DNA of 64,000 nt, from NCBI RefSeq assembly GCF_009914755.1, contig NC_060929.1, one strand, 5' to 3'. The notes beneath the pieces are model-generated. The model saw only the letters and a list, made by a program, of their open reading frames with translations, was not told the DNA's origin and ran no database searches. The DNA comes from the human T2T-CHM13v2.0 reference genome, Homo sapiens. Positions 14,061 through 28,520 of this stretch are shown here, piece after piece. How positions within the stretch are numbered: the first letter of the stretch is position 1; each line of letters opens with the position of its first letter. The translations under genes were made by a program, and so were the position numbers.

Positions 14061-14924
14061 AACTCAGTAAGTCTTTTGAATGTGAGCGGAGGCCCCCACT
14101 CAGCATTTCCAAGACCTGGGAAATGAGGGTGAGGAGGGGGCCAAGAGCTCTGATTTCAAGTCCCAGCCCTGCCACCCATTCCTTAGGGCAGGCACCCACC
14201 ACCGCCTTGGCTCAGGCCTCAGTTTCCATCTGGAAGGTGCTGGCTGCCTTGATGGGCCTCTATGGGCCCTCCAGCTCTGTGGCTCCATGTCAAATGCCCC
14301 TGACCACCCTTGAGATTAACCCTTTCCCAAGGATAGACAGCTTCCCCCATCATTCTAGATCCCTCACACTTCCCCAGCTCCTACGGAAATAACCTATCCC
14401 ATCCCCTAAGATCTGCAACTGTTGAGGGTAAGTTTTTGGTTAAAAAGAGTGAGACAGACTTTGGCGCTAGTGCAAAACAAGCTGCTGCTGTAAGAGTGCA
14501 TGTGTGTACCTGCAGACTGGTGCAATCAGATGACCTTCCCACCAGGCTGCACAGCACTGGATGTCCTCACAGTCACTCAGCCACTCAGCAAACTTTGACT
14601 GCACAGCAACCCATGCCAGACCTGCTGCTGGACTCCAGGCATGTTGAGAAATGAATATAATACCCAGGCTATGGCCTCAAAACCTTCAAAACCCAGGGCA
14701 GGACACAGACAGGGACACAGATGTGATACCTGCTGGGATACAGTCCTCATGAGGCTCTCTAAGAGGTATCTAAGCAGGGACCTAGAGGGAGGAGGTATTA
14801 CCTGAGTTGAACCTAATGGAAAGGCATTGCAGGCAGAGGGATCAGTATAAGCAAATACTCAGACCAAAAACAATGGCATGGGGGACTCCACCAAAGAAGT
14901 AAAAGAGAATAGGGTGCTACATGG

Positions 14925-15295
14925 TGTCTCAGTCCCTTTTCTGTTGCTTAGAACACTGAAACTAGGCAATTTATAAAGAAAAGGAATTTATTTCTTATGG
15001 TTATGGAGGCTTGGAAGTCCCAGGTTGAGGGAGCACATCTGGTGAGCCCTTCTTGCTGGGGGCAGGTACTCCCTGCATAGTCCCAAAGCAGCATAAGGCA
15101 TCATATGGTGAGGGGGCTGAGTGCACTAGCTCAGGTTTCTCCTAAAAACCCACCAGTCCCACTCCCCAAATAATCCATTAATTCATTCACCCACAAATTT
15201 ATTAACCTCTTAAAGGTCCTACCTCGCAATACTGCCACATTGGAGATTGAGTTTCAACATGAGTTTTTGAGGGGAAAAGTATTCAAACTATAGCT
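14925..15295 (-). mobile_element. MST-family (MSTC/D-like) solo LTR
   Basis: tgtctcagtcc...aatttataaagaaaaggaatttatttctta...aatactgccacattggagattgagtttcaacatgag...attcaaactatagc. Confidence 0.85.
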
Positions 15296-16555
15296 CACAG
15301 AGATCGCTTTTCCTAGAGATGGCAGATGAATTTTGGAGGTAGAGGGAGAGGGGCAGATCACACAGATCTCATAGTGTGTACAAACCTGCCCTTCCTGCCG
15401 GTGGTGGGCAGCTGAGGAAGGGTCTGTCTCATGAACCATTAAGGCTGCAGAGTCTAGCACAGCATCCAGGCCACAGCAAAAGCATGAGACATACTTGGTG
15501 AGTGAGCAAGAGAATGGAAGAAGAAATCAATGGAGCCAAATGACTCCACCAGATTTGCATTTGAGACGGTCACTGCAAGACTGCACCAGTCCCAAATTCC
15601 CAAGACAGCAATGTTTTCCACGATGGGTCTGAACATGTAACCATTCTCAGGTTCCTGTTGGGGGTTTGGGAGCCTAGAAACTGAGACAGCCTCACAGCTG
15701 ACAGATCACGAGCAGCCATCTAAGTCGACGTTTCCAAAGTCATGGGGCCTATGGTTTGTGAGCTTATTTAGGTTGTCCCCGGGCCCAGCATCAAAAGCAT
15801 TGAGACACGTACTGAGGGACTCTTTTCCTAGCCTCTCAGTCCTGACTGCTCAAGGACCAAGTGGTACTTCTTGCCTGCGTTCCTTTAATGCTTGCCTAAT
15901 ATGAGCTAGTCTTCTCTGATCACTTTTTTTTTTAATCCAAAGTAGGTGGGCATTGTCCCAAGAGCCTTTGGAAAGCAGCTGCCTCTCACTAGGACTTCAC
16001 AGCATCATTTTGCTTTGCTCTCTTTGTGGTTAAAATTACCTTCCATTCGTGGTGGGTGTATGTCAGGATCCCCACAAGAAACAGAGGGACACCCAAATTA
16101 GGGACATACTTCAGAGGGACTAATGACAAAGGCATGGGTGGGAGTAGAGGGGAATACAAGGGAGACTTCAAGAATCTTGGCCTTTATTATAAATGCAATG
16201 TATGTCCACTATGGAAAATTTGGGGAAAAAAGCAAACTAGAAAGAAGAAAAACCACATTGCCTGAATTCCTACTGCATGGAGAGAAGCATCATAAACACC
16301 TTTTGGAGGAGTCTCTTCTTCCTTTCTCCCTTTCTCCTTCTTTGTATAGAGAGGTCTTTCCTGAGGACTTCCCAGAATCTTGCAGATCCAAAATCTTAAG
16401 AATTTGCAGAGGCAGTGAGGAGTTAACATGCACAGCTCAGGGAATATTCTGCTTTTTATCTGGAACCAGGCTCGGAACAAGACTCCTTGCTTTTCTGTCC
16501 TGTGTTTTCATCTTCTCTCAGAACCCTAACTTTGAGATAAGATCTTTGACTATTA

Positions 16556-16602
16556 TTAGGCGGGTGCAAAAGTAATTGTAGTTTTTGGCATTATTTTTAA
16601 TA
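16556..16602. mobile_element. Half MADE1 (Hsmar1-derived MITE)
   Basis: ttaggcgggtgcaaaagtaattgtagtttttggcattatttttaat matches one MADE1 arm; the second arm is absent. Confidence 0.8.
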
Positions 16603-17659
16603 GAACTGCTTCTGTGTCCTCAGATCTCCATCGTTCATCTCCTGATAAGTCCCTGAAAATTTCCTGGCCCCTTGGAGCTCCTTCCAGGAGTAGAATGATC
16701 ACAAGAGCTGCCATGTATTGCTTATTCTGGCCTATTTCCTTAGGCACATTAGCCCATCTAACCGTTTCCATGGCCCACAGAGGTGGGAGGAGCATGAAGA
16801 AAAATGCAAGGAAATAAGCTCATCTCAAGGTATCTCTGGCTCCCAAAGAACATAGGACATTACCAACTTGAAGTTAGCTTCTCAGGAAACTAAGACCCAG
16901 CTGCTTTTCAAATCCTCAAAATATTAGTATGAATTATAGATATAGTTATAGCCTTCAGAACTTCTGGCACAGCCCAAAACTGTTGGCTGTAAAACCATGT
17001 TTCCTAAATTCAATCATGTTTCTCATTGATTTCCATTTTGAAATTGGAAGTCTTTGCCCTCAAGATATAATAAAAACCATACCAAAGAAAATGGAAAACT
17101 TTTCCCCCTTAATATTTAAAGGAGAATGATTTTTATAAAAAAAAAAAAAAACATTCATTTGTCTACTTAAAGTAAATCACAGTGCAGTGCCAGTCTGGGT
17201 TTGGAGCATAACACTTTTTTTGATTTATGGTTTCTGCCAGGAGACACCCAGCTAATGATATTTGTTCCTATGTCCTTCTCTGACTAGCTGGGTGGCAGCT
17301 AAAGAGCTAGGGTGAGGGGAGACCAGAACTCCAGGCCTGTCCCATGTTCCTGTCTCACCCATATGTGGATTTCAACCCTGGGCTTAGTGTCTGCCTCTAG
17401 CGACATGGGAAGAGAGGGATGGGTCCTCTCCTTCTTCTTGTCAAATGGCCCCCAGAGTCCCACCAAGGTGGAGCTCCAGGCTCCTGACCAGCGGGGCTCC
17501 CCAACCCTCCTGCTGTGCCCAGTCTATCCCTCCTTCCACGCCCAGCAGAGCTCAGCAGACTTGCCCTTGGCCACTCTTGTGCCTTCACTGCTGTGTGTCC
17601 TGGACAGGAGCCAGCGTGGGCTTGCTGATCACAGAGAAAGCTCACGTGGCAAAAGAACC

Positions 17660-18000
17660 AGTGAGATTAACAAGTCGAGGTTTGGGATATATCTTAGAGA
17701 TGGAGCCAATGGGGCCTGCAGAGGATTTCCCTGGGGACTGGAAGGGTGAGGAAGGAGAATGCTCTCAGATGACACCTAGGTGGCTGATGTGATAGAATGG
17801 GCATTTTCTGGAAGATCTGTTCAGGGGCATTTGGTGAGACAGAAATCAAGGGTTTGGCTTGGGACCTGATATGTTTGATCACCCTGTCAGCCACCCAGGT
17901 GGAGAGGTTGAGGAGATGGCTGATGGCATGGGTCTGGAGCTCAAAGGAGAGGCTGGGTGAGGCTTGAGTTACACATTTGAGGGCATCCATGATGTGAAGC
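17660..18000 (-). mobile_element. L2 fragment
   Basis: ggatatatcttagagatggagccaa...gatgacacctagg...ggtctggagctcaaaggagaggctggg. Confidence 0.6.
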
Positions 18001-20349
18001 ACATGGGGGGGCCCACACAGGGGTCTGTGTGTTCCCCTGTGGTGTGTGTGGGGACACGTGAGTATGTGTTTCTGCGTGTACATTGACATGCATGACTCAG
18101 AATGTCACATCCATCACAATTTCCTGTCTGACCTTGGCTGAGGTATGTCTGAGTTTTAATGGCCTGTAAAATGAGGGGGTGATATTAGATGGCATCTGAG
18201 ACCCTTGCCAACTCCACAATTCTAGGAGTTGGGGAATCCCAAAGATGCTGCCATCCCTGGTTTGTTTGGGTGAACAGGAACAGAGAAGTCTTAAGACCAC
18301 AAGCAGTGAGGTTAGATGCGAGTTCTGCACCTCCCCTGGGGCCTTCAGCAGCTGCATTCTTGGCCCAGCAGAGGACTTGCCTGATCTCCAGGATAGCAAA
18401 GGAGCTGAGGCCAAAAAGACACATGGGCTACTGCTCACCCAGCCCCATATTATACCCTTTTCATCGCTGCAATTCAACATAAAATCATATCATTCACACC
18501 TACCCACTCATGCATTCATTCAGCACATGCTCATTTTTGAACCGGCAAATATATATTAGATATCGATGCTGTGCTGAATGCCACAGATTGCAACAGGAAT
18601 CAGACGCCAACCTGTCCCGGAGGAGCTCACACATCTTTCCAAAACCAATTTCTACTTCTTGGGTCCCCTCTCAATGTGTACAACATAGAGCTTTCCTTGC
18701 AAGGCTCGAGCACAACGCAGCAGTCACTCCTTGTCTCCAGGCCTGGCTGTAGACACAATGGAGGCTCCTCCTTGCCATCTGCACTCCAGTCAGGGGAGGA
18801 CACCAATCCACTACCAAATGACCATAGCCAGCATTTACTGAATGTAGACACACTGTAGGTAGCAGATTTCAGGCACCCAATCCAGGTATTGCAGGAAGGT
18901 AGCTTCTATTTTTCTATAACTGAACTTGACTTCTTTCTTGGGTCCTCATTCTGCTGGGCATGGATATTTTAGTTTTAGTTTATTTGGGGTAAGCTCAGCC
19001 AGTGCAAAGAGTTTGCAGTCTAGGTAGGGTGTTCTTTCCCTTCTCTTCCCACTAGAGAATTTATAAGGTGCCCTGGCACTGTTGAGGGAGGAGCTACCCG
19101 GGGGAGGAATGACCCTCCGTCACTGAAGGCTGTGCTGGAATCACATTTCCTCTGTCTCCAGCCCTGAGTCCACCAAAGCATCCATTTCTTCCAGGTTTAA
19201 CCACAAGGCCTTTCCAAGACTGCCCAGGTCTCCGCTCATCCTTCTCCAGGAGATGCTAATCTCTCGGAGAATCTCCTCTCCAATCTGAGGACTGGGGCCT
19301 TTCCTGCCTTCCTGCCACCAAACAGGCCTGGAGTGGAGGAGAGCCAGAAGCCTTGCCACCTCCCCAGGCTACATCCAGGAAGAGGCACCAAGCCCACTTG
19401 TCCTGAATCTCAAAGCCTACTTAAGAGCTTAGGTTCTGTTGTCACAAGATCATGGGCACAAGCCCTCGCCTGGTTCTAGAGAGAGTGGGGTCAGAAACAC
19501 TCTCAGCATTTGAGTCTCTTTCTCCTCCTCTGTCTATCCTCCTTTCCCTCTGGCCCAGAGAATCTTCCTCCACTCCCTGGAGAAAAACCTATCCCACACA
19601 CCCTCACATATTCTTCAAGATCTATTGGTTAAGGCATCCAACTTATTGCTTAAGCATTTCAAGGACTGGACTTTGGAAAGCCAAGAATCTGAGTTGCAAA
19701 GTCTTCCTTAAAACTCAAAAACTGGGCTCATAGGTGCTCTTCTCTTTTTCTTGGCATTTGCCTAAAAGCCACCCTGAGGACACCTAGGAGAGGCCACCTC
19801 ACCACTTCTTGAACCAGGCATGGGGGATGGGGAAGAAGACACTGGGGAAAAGCTCTGAGTGGTACTTCAGATCATCCTGCCTCAGGTGTTGGTTCTGATC
19901 CTCTCAACGACTCCCAAGGGAATATGTCAGCTCCATTTTGCAGACTGAAACCCGAGTCTCGGAATGACTTGTCCATGGTCACACAGTTGCTAAACATCTG
20001 AGCCAGAGTGAAACTCTGGGGTATTTGACTTTAAAGTCCCAGCCTTTAAATCATCCCACACTTGCTTATTCCAACTTGGACTTGCCGGAGTCCCATAGAC
20101 AGAGGCTACTCTCCCACCGTGCTGAAGCTGGTGCATGCCATGTTTCAGTAAGAGAAAGGAGGGTGCCTGGGCTTCGTCTCCACCCAGGTGCCTCTCCCCC
20201 AGCAGCTGCACCAGGCCAGCTGAGGGGGATTTTAGCCCGAATCCAGGGTTTCTCCTACAGAAGACAAGGAGTTTGGGCACTGCCAGAATTAGAAGAACAG
20301 AAAGAAAATGTTCTGGATTTCTCATCAAATGCCCCTAGCCTGAGAAATA

Positions 20350-21250
20350 TAACTAAATTCACCCTTAGGTCATCTTACAATCTGTCCTGCCCCAGTGTTC
20401 CCCACTCAGGGAACTGCTCCACCCACATCCTGGTCCCCAAACCAGAGGCCTGGGAGTCACCCTTGACATTTCCTCCCCTACACCCCTAATCAATCAAATC
20501 CTGTTTATCCTGCCCTCTGAGAGTCTGCACCGAAATCTCTCTCCTCTCCTTCCCACCTACCATGGCCCAGCAGCTTTACCATCATGTCTCACGGATCTCT
20601 GCACCGCTCCCAACTGGCCTGTGCGTTCACTCCTGCCCCCTCCTCCAGCCCTGTGTACACTCCCTTCCACCATCCTTTCTATACTCTCCTCAATCCTATC
20701 TGCACCCTCCTTCAACCCTGTCTGTACTCTCCTCCAATCCTGTCCACACACTCCAAACAAAGTCATATTTCCAAGACAAATTTGACCATGCCACTTTCTC
20801 CCACAGCTCTCCACCACCTCCAGGATCCCATCCTCAGTGTTAGCCAGACACTCCCAAGGCCTTGTGATCTGCCCTGCCTATGTCTCCAGCCTCATCCTGC
20901 AACTCCCCCTACACTCTGTGTTCTGGCCATCAAACCAATGGGCTCCTCTTCCTGCACCCCCATCCACTCTTGCACATCCTGCACTCTATGTCTGAACAGC
21001 TCGGTTTCTCTTCTTTTCTTCTGGCACATGTCTGCTCTACCTGCAGGTCATCTTAGATGTCACTTCTCCTAGGAAGGCTTTCCTAACCTCCAAAACAGGC
21101 TCAGTTCCCCTCTTCAATTCTCACTGAGCCTCCTCCCTAGCATTTCCCTCTCTGCATTATAATTCCTCCCTGTGCAAGTGCTCATCTCCCCACTGCACTA
21201 TAAGATCTAGGAGGGTAGAGTCTGGGTCCCATTCGTTTCTGTACCCTCAG
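20350..21250 (+). mobile_element. L2 3' region
   Basis: Pyrimidine-rich L2 sense motifs (cctgggagtcacc...tcttagatgtcacttctcctaggaaggctttcc...ctataagatctaggagggtagag). Confidence 0.7.
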
Positions 21251-21375
21251 TATTTAGTAGAGATGGGGTTTCACCATGTTGCCCAGGCTGGTCTCGAACT
21301 CCAGAGCTCAGGCAATCCACCCGCTTCAGCCTTTCAAAGTGCTAGGATTACAGGCATGAGCCACCACTCCCGGCC
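21251..21375 (-). mobile_element. Alu left-arm fragment, no tail
   Basis: tatttagtagagatggggtttcaccatgttgcccagg...ccaccactcccggcc fused directly to the L2 end. Confidence 0.9.
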
Positions 21376-22234
21376 CTCTGCATTCTTCTATTTAAAACTA
21401 TTTATTGAGATCTACTATTGGCTAGATTTCGGGGATGAAAAAGGCAGACAAGGCGCCCTGCCCTCAAGGGGTTTTCAGTTTAGTGGGGAGCAAAGCAAAA
21501 AGACAAACAAACAGTTAAATATAACATCTAGTAGTGATAAATACTCCAAAGAAAACTAAAGCAGGGGCCAGAGAGCATGGGGGCATTGATGTTTTAGACA
21601 AGGTGGTAAAGGGAGGTCTCTCTACAGAGGTGGTATTTCAGCAGCAGCCCGAGCACTCAGTAGGTCCATGGTAAAATTTAGTTGACTCCCGAACTAACTG
21701 AGTGTCTCACTCAGTGAAAGCCTCTAATCCATTTTGCTAGAAGTCTTTCCCTGTAGCTCATTTTGTTCCAAGTCACAAGCATCAGGCTTGGAAGACCTGT
21801 GTGGGAGAGTAATTAACCTAATACACAGCGCGGGGAATGGAAGCCCGAACCCCCAGAAGCCTTTTCTGCAAAAGGACCAGGGCTTGGGTAATAAAATGGG
21901 GCTTTCATTCTCATTAATGGGGCAATTGATTTAAAGAACAGACCCAGTGGCTTATTGATCAGTGTTAATCATTAGAAAATGCTGACTTAATGAATCTAAC
22001 TGCCATGAGGCCCCTGTGGGATTTGGGAAGGCCAGTTAGATACAATAACTTTGTCCCCTTCCAGTCCAGCAGACAGATTTATTTACAGAAATCTGGATTT
22101 TTTTTTTCTGGAAAAAAAGTCAAAGAGTCACTGGGGGTTAAGCCATTTCTCCAGCTGATCTGAGAGATCATCCCAAGCCTTTGTAATACGCCTGTCTCTC
22201 CTGCCATGCTCTGTTCCTATCTAGCTTTTCAAAA

Positions 22235-23225
22235 CAAACTCTTCATTTTAGAATAGTTTTAAATTATAGTTAGAGAAAAACTTCAAAGATAGTAAGAGAG
22301 TTCCCATATCCTGCACACCTGGTGAGCCCCATTGGTAACAGCTTAGGTTAACACTGTCACCACTAATGGACAAATGTTGCAATATTATTATTTGCTCAAG
22401 TCCATACTTAACTCAGACTTCCTTAGTTTTTACCTGAAGTCCTTTTTCTAGTTCAGGATCCCACATTCCATTTCGTAGGCATGTCTCCTTAGACTCTTCT
22501 TGGCTGTGACAGTTTCTTAGGCTTCCCTCTGTTTTGATAACCTTGACAATATTAAGGAGATATTGGGCAGATGACTGTAGAATGTCCCTCAACTGGGTCT
22601 TATCTGAAGTTTTTCTGATGATTGCACTGGGGTTTGGGGAGGAAGAGCACAGAGGTAAAGTACCATTCACATCACATCATTTGAAGAGTGCATGTTATCA
22701 ACACGACCTATCACTGCTGATGGTGACCTCGATCACCTGGCTAAGATTGTGTTTGTCAGGTTTCTCTGCTGTGAAGTCATTTTCCTCCCTCCCCTCTTAC
22801 ACACTGGGCTCTTTGGAAGGAAGTCACTGTGTGCAACTCACACTGAAGGAGTGGGAAGTTAGAGATCCTCCTTGAGCGTGGGCCATCTTCATGAATTATT
22901 GGGAATTATTCTGCATAAGAGATTTGTTTATATTAATATGAGCTCATGGATATTTATGTTGACACTTTGTGTTATAATCCAATAGTATTTTACTTCTTTT
23001 CTTGCTCAAATTACTCCACCTTTGGGTACTGGGGCTCTTGCAGTTGGCTCCTATGTCCCCGTCATTGAGGGGTTTGGGTTTTGTGTGTGTTTGCGTGTGT
23101 GTGTGTTTGAGCACTTCTTTACTGTTGGCACCAAAAGATGCTTAGGCTTGCTTTGAGCATCTCCTGCCCTGGCCCTGGAGCCACTCCAAGGAACCTCCAA
23201 GAACGCCTGATTCCTTTTATTACTG
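22235..23225 (-). mobile_element. L1MC/L1MD-type 3' UTR, antisense
   Basis: ttttagaatagttttaaatt...agagagttcccatat...gtgacagtttctt...tgtagaatgtccctcaactggg...cacagaggtaaagtaccatt. Confidence 0.8.
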
Positions 23226-23796
23226 GCTCCTATTATAATTTTCATAATGGGCTGTCATTTTGTTTTGTCTGGTTTTGTTTATAATTATAAGGGTAAGTCA
23301 GCTCATTGCATAAAATATAGCAAAGATATAAAAGAATAAGAATGAAAATAAGTATCCCAAATAATCCAAGCAGCAAAGAAATCCAGCGTTAACATTTTGG
23401 GGTATTTTCATCTGGTCTTTTTGCTAGTTGCTGGCTCTTAAGAAGTCTGTGCTTTCATTCTTGATCTCTGCCAGACCAAGGGATATCATGGGCCCTGGTT
23501 TACCTCCCTGTCCCAGCATCTGTGGTTGGAGCAGCTTCCATTTGGCCATCCTCAGGTGGTCTGCTCGCTGGGCCCCTGCCCACTTCTCCCTCCAGCAGAC
23601 CGCAGGCCAAGAGGCCAGGAGCCAGGGTGTGTCCTCCAGCAGACTCTGAGGAAGTGAATACATCACTGTTCTGTGACTTCCAACGTGATAGTTGGCCTCA
23701 TTTTCCTCTTCTTTACGAAGTAAATGCGATAATATATACAAAGTGCTCAGAGAAAGGCCTGGTAAGAAACAGGTATTTTAAAAAGTAAAAACTGTC

Positions 23797-24163
<367 letters not shown>

Positions 24164-24354
24164 TCAGGCATAGTGTGGCAGGCAGGCCCCTGGGAGGGAT
24201 GAATTTGCACAAGCAAACTGCCTTCTCCATGGAGACCTAATGAAATTCATCCGGTCCTTCTTGAGAGTTTGACTGAGTTGGGAACTGTGTCTCCACCAGA
24301 CCAGCAAATGGAAGAGAAGTTTCCTGGGGCTCTAGCTGAAGAGTGTGTACTGAG

Positions 24355-24590
24355 GGGCAGTATTGCATTGTGGTTGAGAACATGGGCTCTAGAGCCAGGC
24401 TGCTCAGGTTCAATGCCCAGCTCCATCACTTACCTGCTGGGCAGCAGCCTGAGTTATTTAAACCTCACTAGGCACAATGTAAGGATAACAATATTGACTA
24501 TCCCATAAGGTTGCTGGGGATGCCAAATAAGTTCACAAATGGAAGAACTTTACACAGTACCTAGCACAGAGTAAGCAGCCAATTAATATT
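24355..24590 (+). mobile_element. MIR, near full length
   Basis: gtggttgagaacatgggctctagagccagg...ggttcaatgcccagctcc...acagtacctagcacagagtaagca. Confidence 0.75.
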
Positions 24591-24619
24591 ACTCGAGTTA
24601 CTGTTTTTATTACTTCATC

Positions 24620-24870
24620 ATTCGGGACTCTTCCGGTTGCAAGTACAAGGAAAGCCAACCCAGAATCACTTAAACAAAAGGGAATTTATTGGCTCATGTA
24701 ACTGAACTTCAACATTTTACAGAATCTCATTGGCTCCAATGGGCTCATACGTCCATCCCCAAACCAATCACAGTGACTGAGGGATTATCCAAGGATCACA
24801 CTGGCCACTTTCACAGGTTTTATCCCTAAAGGAAATCACAGGTAATAGATGTGGGGCTGCAGAAATGCAA
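24620..24870 (-). mobile_element. Old MLT1-type LTR fragment
   Basis: ggttgcaagtacaaggaaagccaacc...cttaaacaaaagggaatttattggctcatgtaactgaa. Confidence 0.6.
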
Positions 24871-26969
24871 CATGCACTTTTCCTTGAAACTGCATCCCTT
24901 TTCCCTGAAGATGAAGCTTGAAAGAACTCTAAGAGGTTAAGCATGGAGCTGATGGGCAAGCCACAGGCAGAAAGAGTAGCTGTGCAGCCAGGCTCCTGGC
25001 CAGGGAGGGCAGATAAGGAGGGGAGGCAAAGTTTGGTAAACAGGAAGCTAATCTATGGGCAAGAATCATTTTCTTCAGCATCCTGACCTCTCCTAAAATG
25101 TTCTCCACTGGTCCCTGCTAGGACAAAGGAATTACCACCAGACTAGAGTCAGGAGTCCTGGGCTGGTTCTGCTGTATGACACAGGACAGGTGGCTTGCCT
25201 GGTCTGGGCCACAGCCTCCTCCCCTGTTGATGAGCATGTTGGTTGTTCCAGCACCATGTCAGCCCTAGAAATCTCTGAATTCTTGACCAGATCAGTAATT
25301 GCTCTCTTGCGTTTACTTTTCCTTCAAATAAAGAGATTGGCATACAGGGGAGGAGCCCAGTACAGACGGCATGCTTGGCTCAGGTTCCAGAACCCAGAAA
25401 CCAGACAAGAGTTGGGAAACCATGATGGTGGAGGAGGGTGTGCCACTCCTTACTAGTGCCTAATCTCTTCGAGACACTAATGTTTCAGTATTATCCACAG
25501 ATTCTGATGCCAGGCAGCCCAGATGACTGGGGTCAGTTATTAGCATGCTTCCTGGAGGTGGTTCCCAGGTGCAGGCTACCTGCAGTCTGGCTGGATGGGC
25601 CCTGCACCACACTTGCTTCTGGGAAGCTGGTTTTGGGGTTGCCACAATCTCTGAAAGAATCACTAGGCCACCCTCTGAGTGGGTCCTTCTGTAGGAATTA
25701 TGGATAAAATTGTTCCACTAGTCTTACCTTCTTGGGGAACCCTTCCTGGATTCCCAGGCTGGGCTGGGTGTCCCTGCAGCCTAGCCCCACAGCCCTCCTG
25801 CTTCTCTTTCTCATCACAGTCTTGTTATCTCTACCAACTGTAGGCCTGCCCCACTGATGGTGTGAATAAAGGGACTGGGTCTCTCTAGCACCTAGCATAG
25901 ATCTGATACATAGTGGGTGATCTCTATTGAATGAACGATGAATGAATGAATGAATGAATACATTTAGATAATTCAGATTACTCTTTCTAGCTCAGCAGTG
26001 TAAAGCAGGAAGACATGCTGTCAATATGATTTAGGGCAAGTTTTCAAATCTCTCTGGACCTCAGTTTTACCTCTTGAAAAATAAATATAATAATTTGTCC
26101 TTACTTCATGAGACTATTTTGAAGATTAAATGAGATAATGTATACACTACTACTCACTGTCCTTACTTGAATATTCCTAGGTCCTTGGTGCTACATTAGG
26201 CTACATAGAATGTATTTAAAGTAATAGAGTGGTATTTAATAAATATTCATTTTCTTTCCCCAGAACTACCTTAAATTAATTTGTTGAAAGGACAGATGGA
26301 TGGATGGTTGATGGAAGTAGCAGGCTTCCAGCAGCAGGGGATGGAGTGAGTGTGTGGATACCGCTGGATCAGCAGAAGGTTATACCATTTTAGAGTAACT
26401 ATCTCGGACTTCGGAGAGTTCCTGGGTATGAAGCTTTGGCTTTAATTAAAGTCTCAGCACAGTGTTAAATGCCATTTTATTTTAGGTCATAATTAACGCT
26501 AATGAGATGAGTGGATTACAAAGAGCACACATTTTGAGAAAGTGAAAAACAACATCTGAGCTTGGTGGTTTCCATTTTCGCTTTTCCCCCTCCCATGCTC
26601 TGTTCAATTAAAAGTTTTGAGAAAATATTACAACCATACTCCTTGTCTTTGTGGTAATGAAGCATATTAATTTGAATGTGATGAATACAATATTCCACTG
26701 ACTTTTTTATTCCCTTATCTACAAAAGTTTAAAATAATGGACCAATTAAACCAGGAGAGAAGAATGCAGGGTTTGCCTGGGGATCCAATTCAGCAACCAG
26801 AGAACTGAAAGAACAAAATTTTTTGACGGAGTCTGGGCCAGACTTCATCCCTTACCTATAGCTGACAAACAGTAAGTCAAATTGGGCAGATGTGGACCAG
26901 CGCAGAACACATACTATATTGAGGATCGAAAGGCCAGGTTCCAGACCGTCCTCTAATATTTTCTTAGTG

Positions 26970-27065
26970 AATATTTGTTGGATGAATGCATGGATGGGTG
27001 GATGAATAGATGGATGGATGGACAGATGGACGGAGAGAGAGATGGATGAATGGATTGTTGGATGA
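26970..27065. repeat. Degenerate (TGGA)n/(TGAA)n repeat, L2-tail derived
   Basis: gaatatttgttggatgaatgcatggatgggtggatgaatagatggatggatgg... Confidence 0.75.
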
Positions 27066-27375
27066 AGTTGAAAGATGAAGGTAGATGACCTCCCATGGTC
27101 TGATTCTTCCTAAGGTAGCAAATTAAGCCTAGGATGGGCTGACCTAACCCTTCCAAGGACTTAGAAGTCAGGGCAAGAACTTACAGGGAAGGGTTCAGTT
27201 CTCTGACCTCACTACCCTAGAGGCATAAACTATAAATTATAGAGTTGGCCTGAGCTCAGTTTCCCTGGGAGCTCTGCTCTAAAGCAGAGCCCCTTGACCC
27301 TGCACCAATTTGGTTAACCCGAGTAAGGCTGAGCTTCCCCCAGCAGGAGCTCCTGCTTTGGAAGAGAACATCCTG

Positions 27376-28520
<1,145 letters not shown>

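Noticed and set aside
16556-16602. MADE1 as a possible miR-548-type hairpin
   Set aside because: Only one arm is present, so no hairpin can form.
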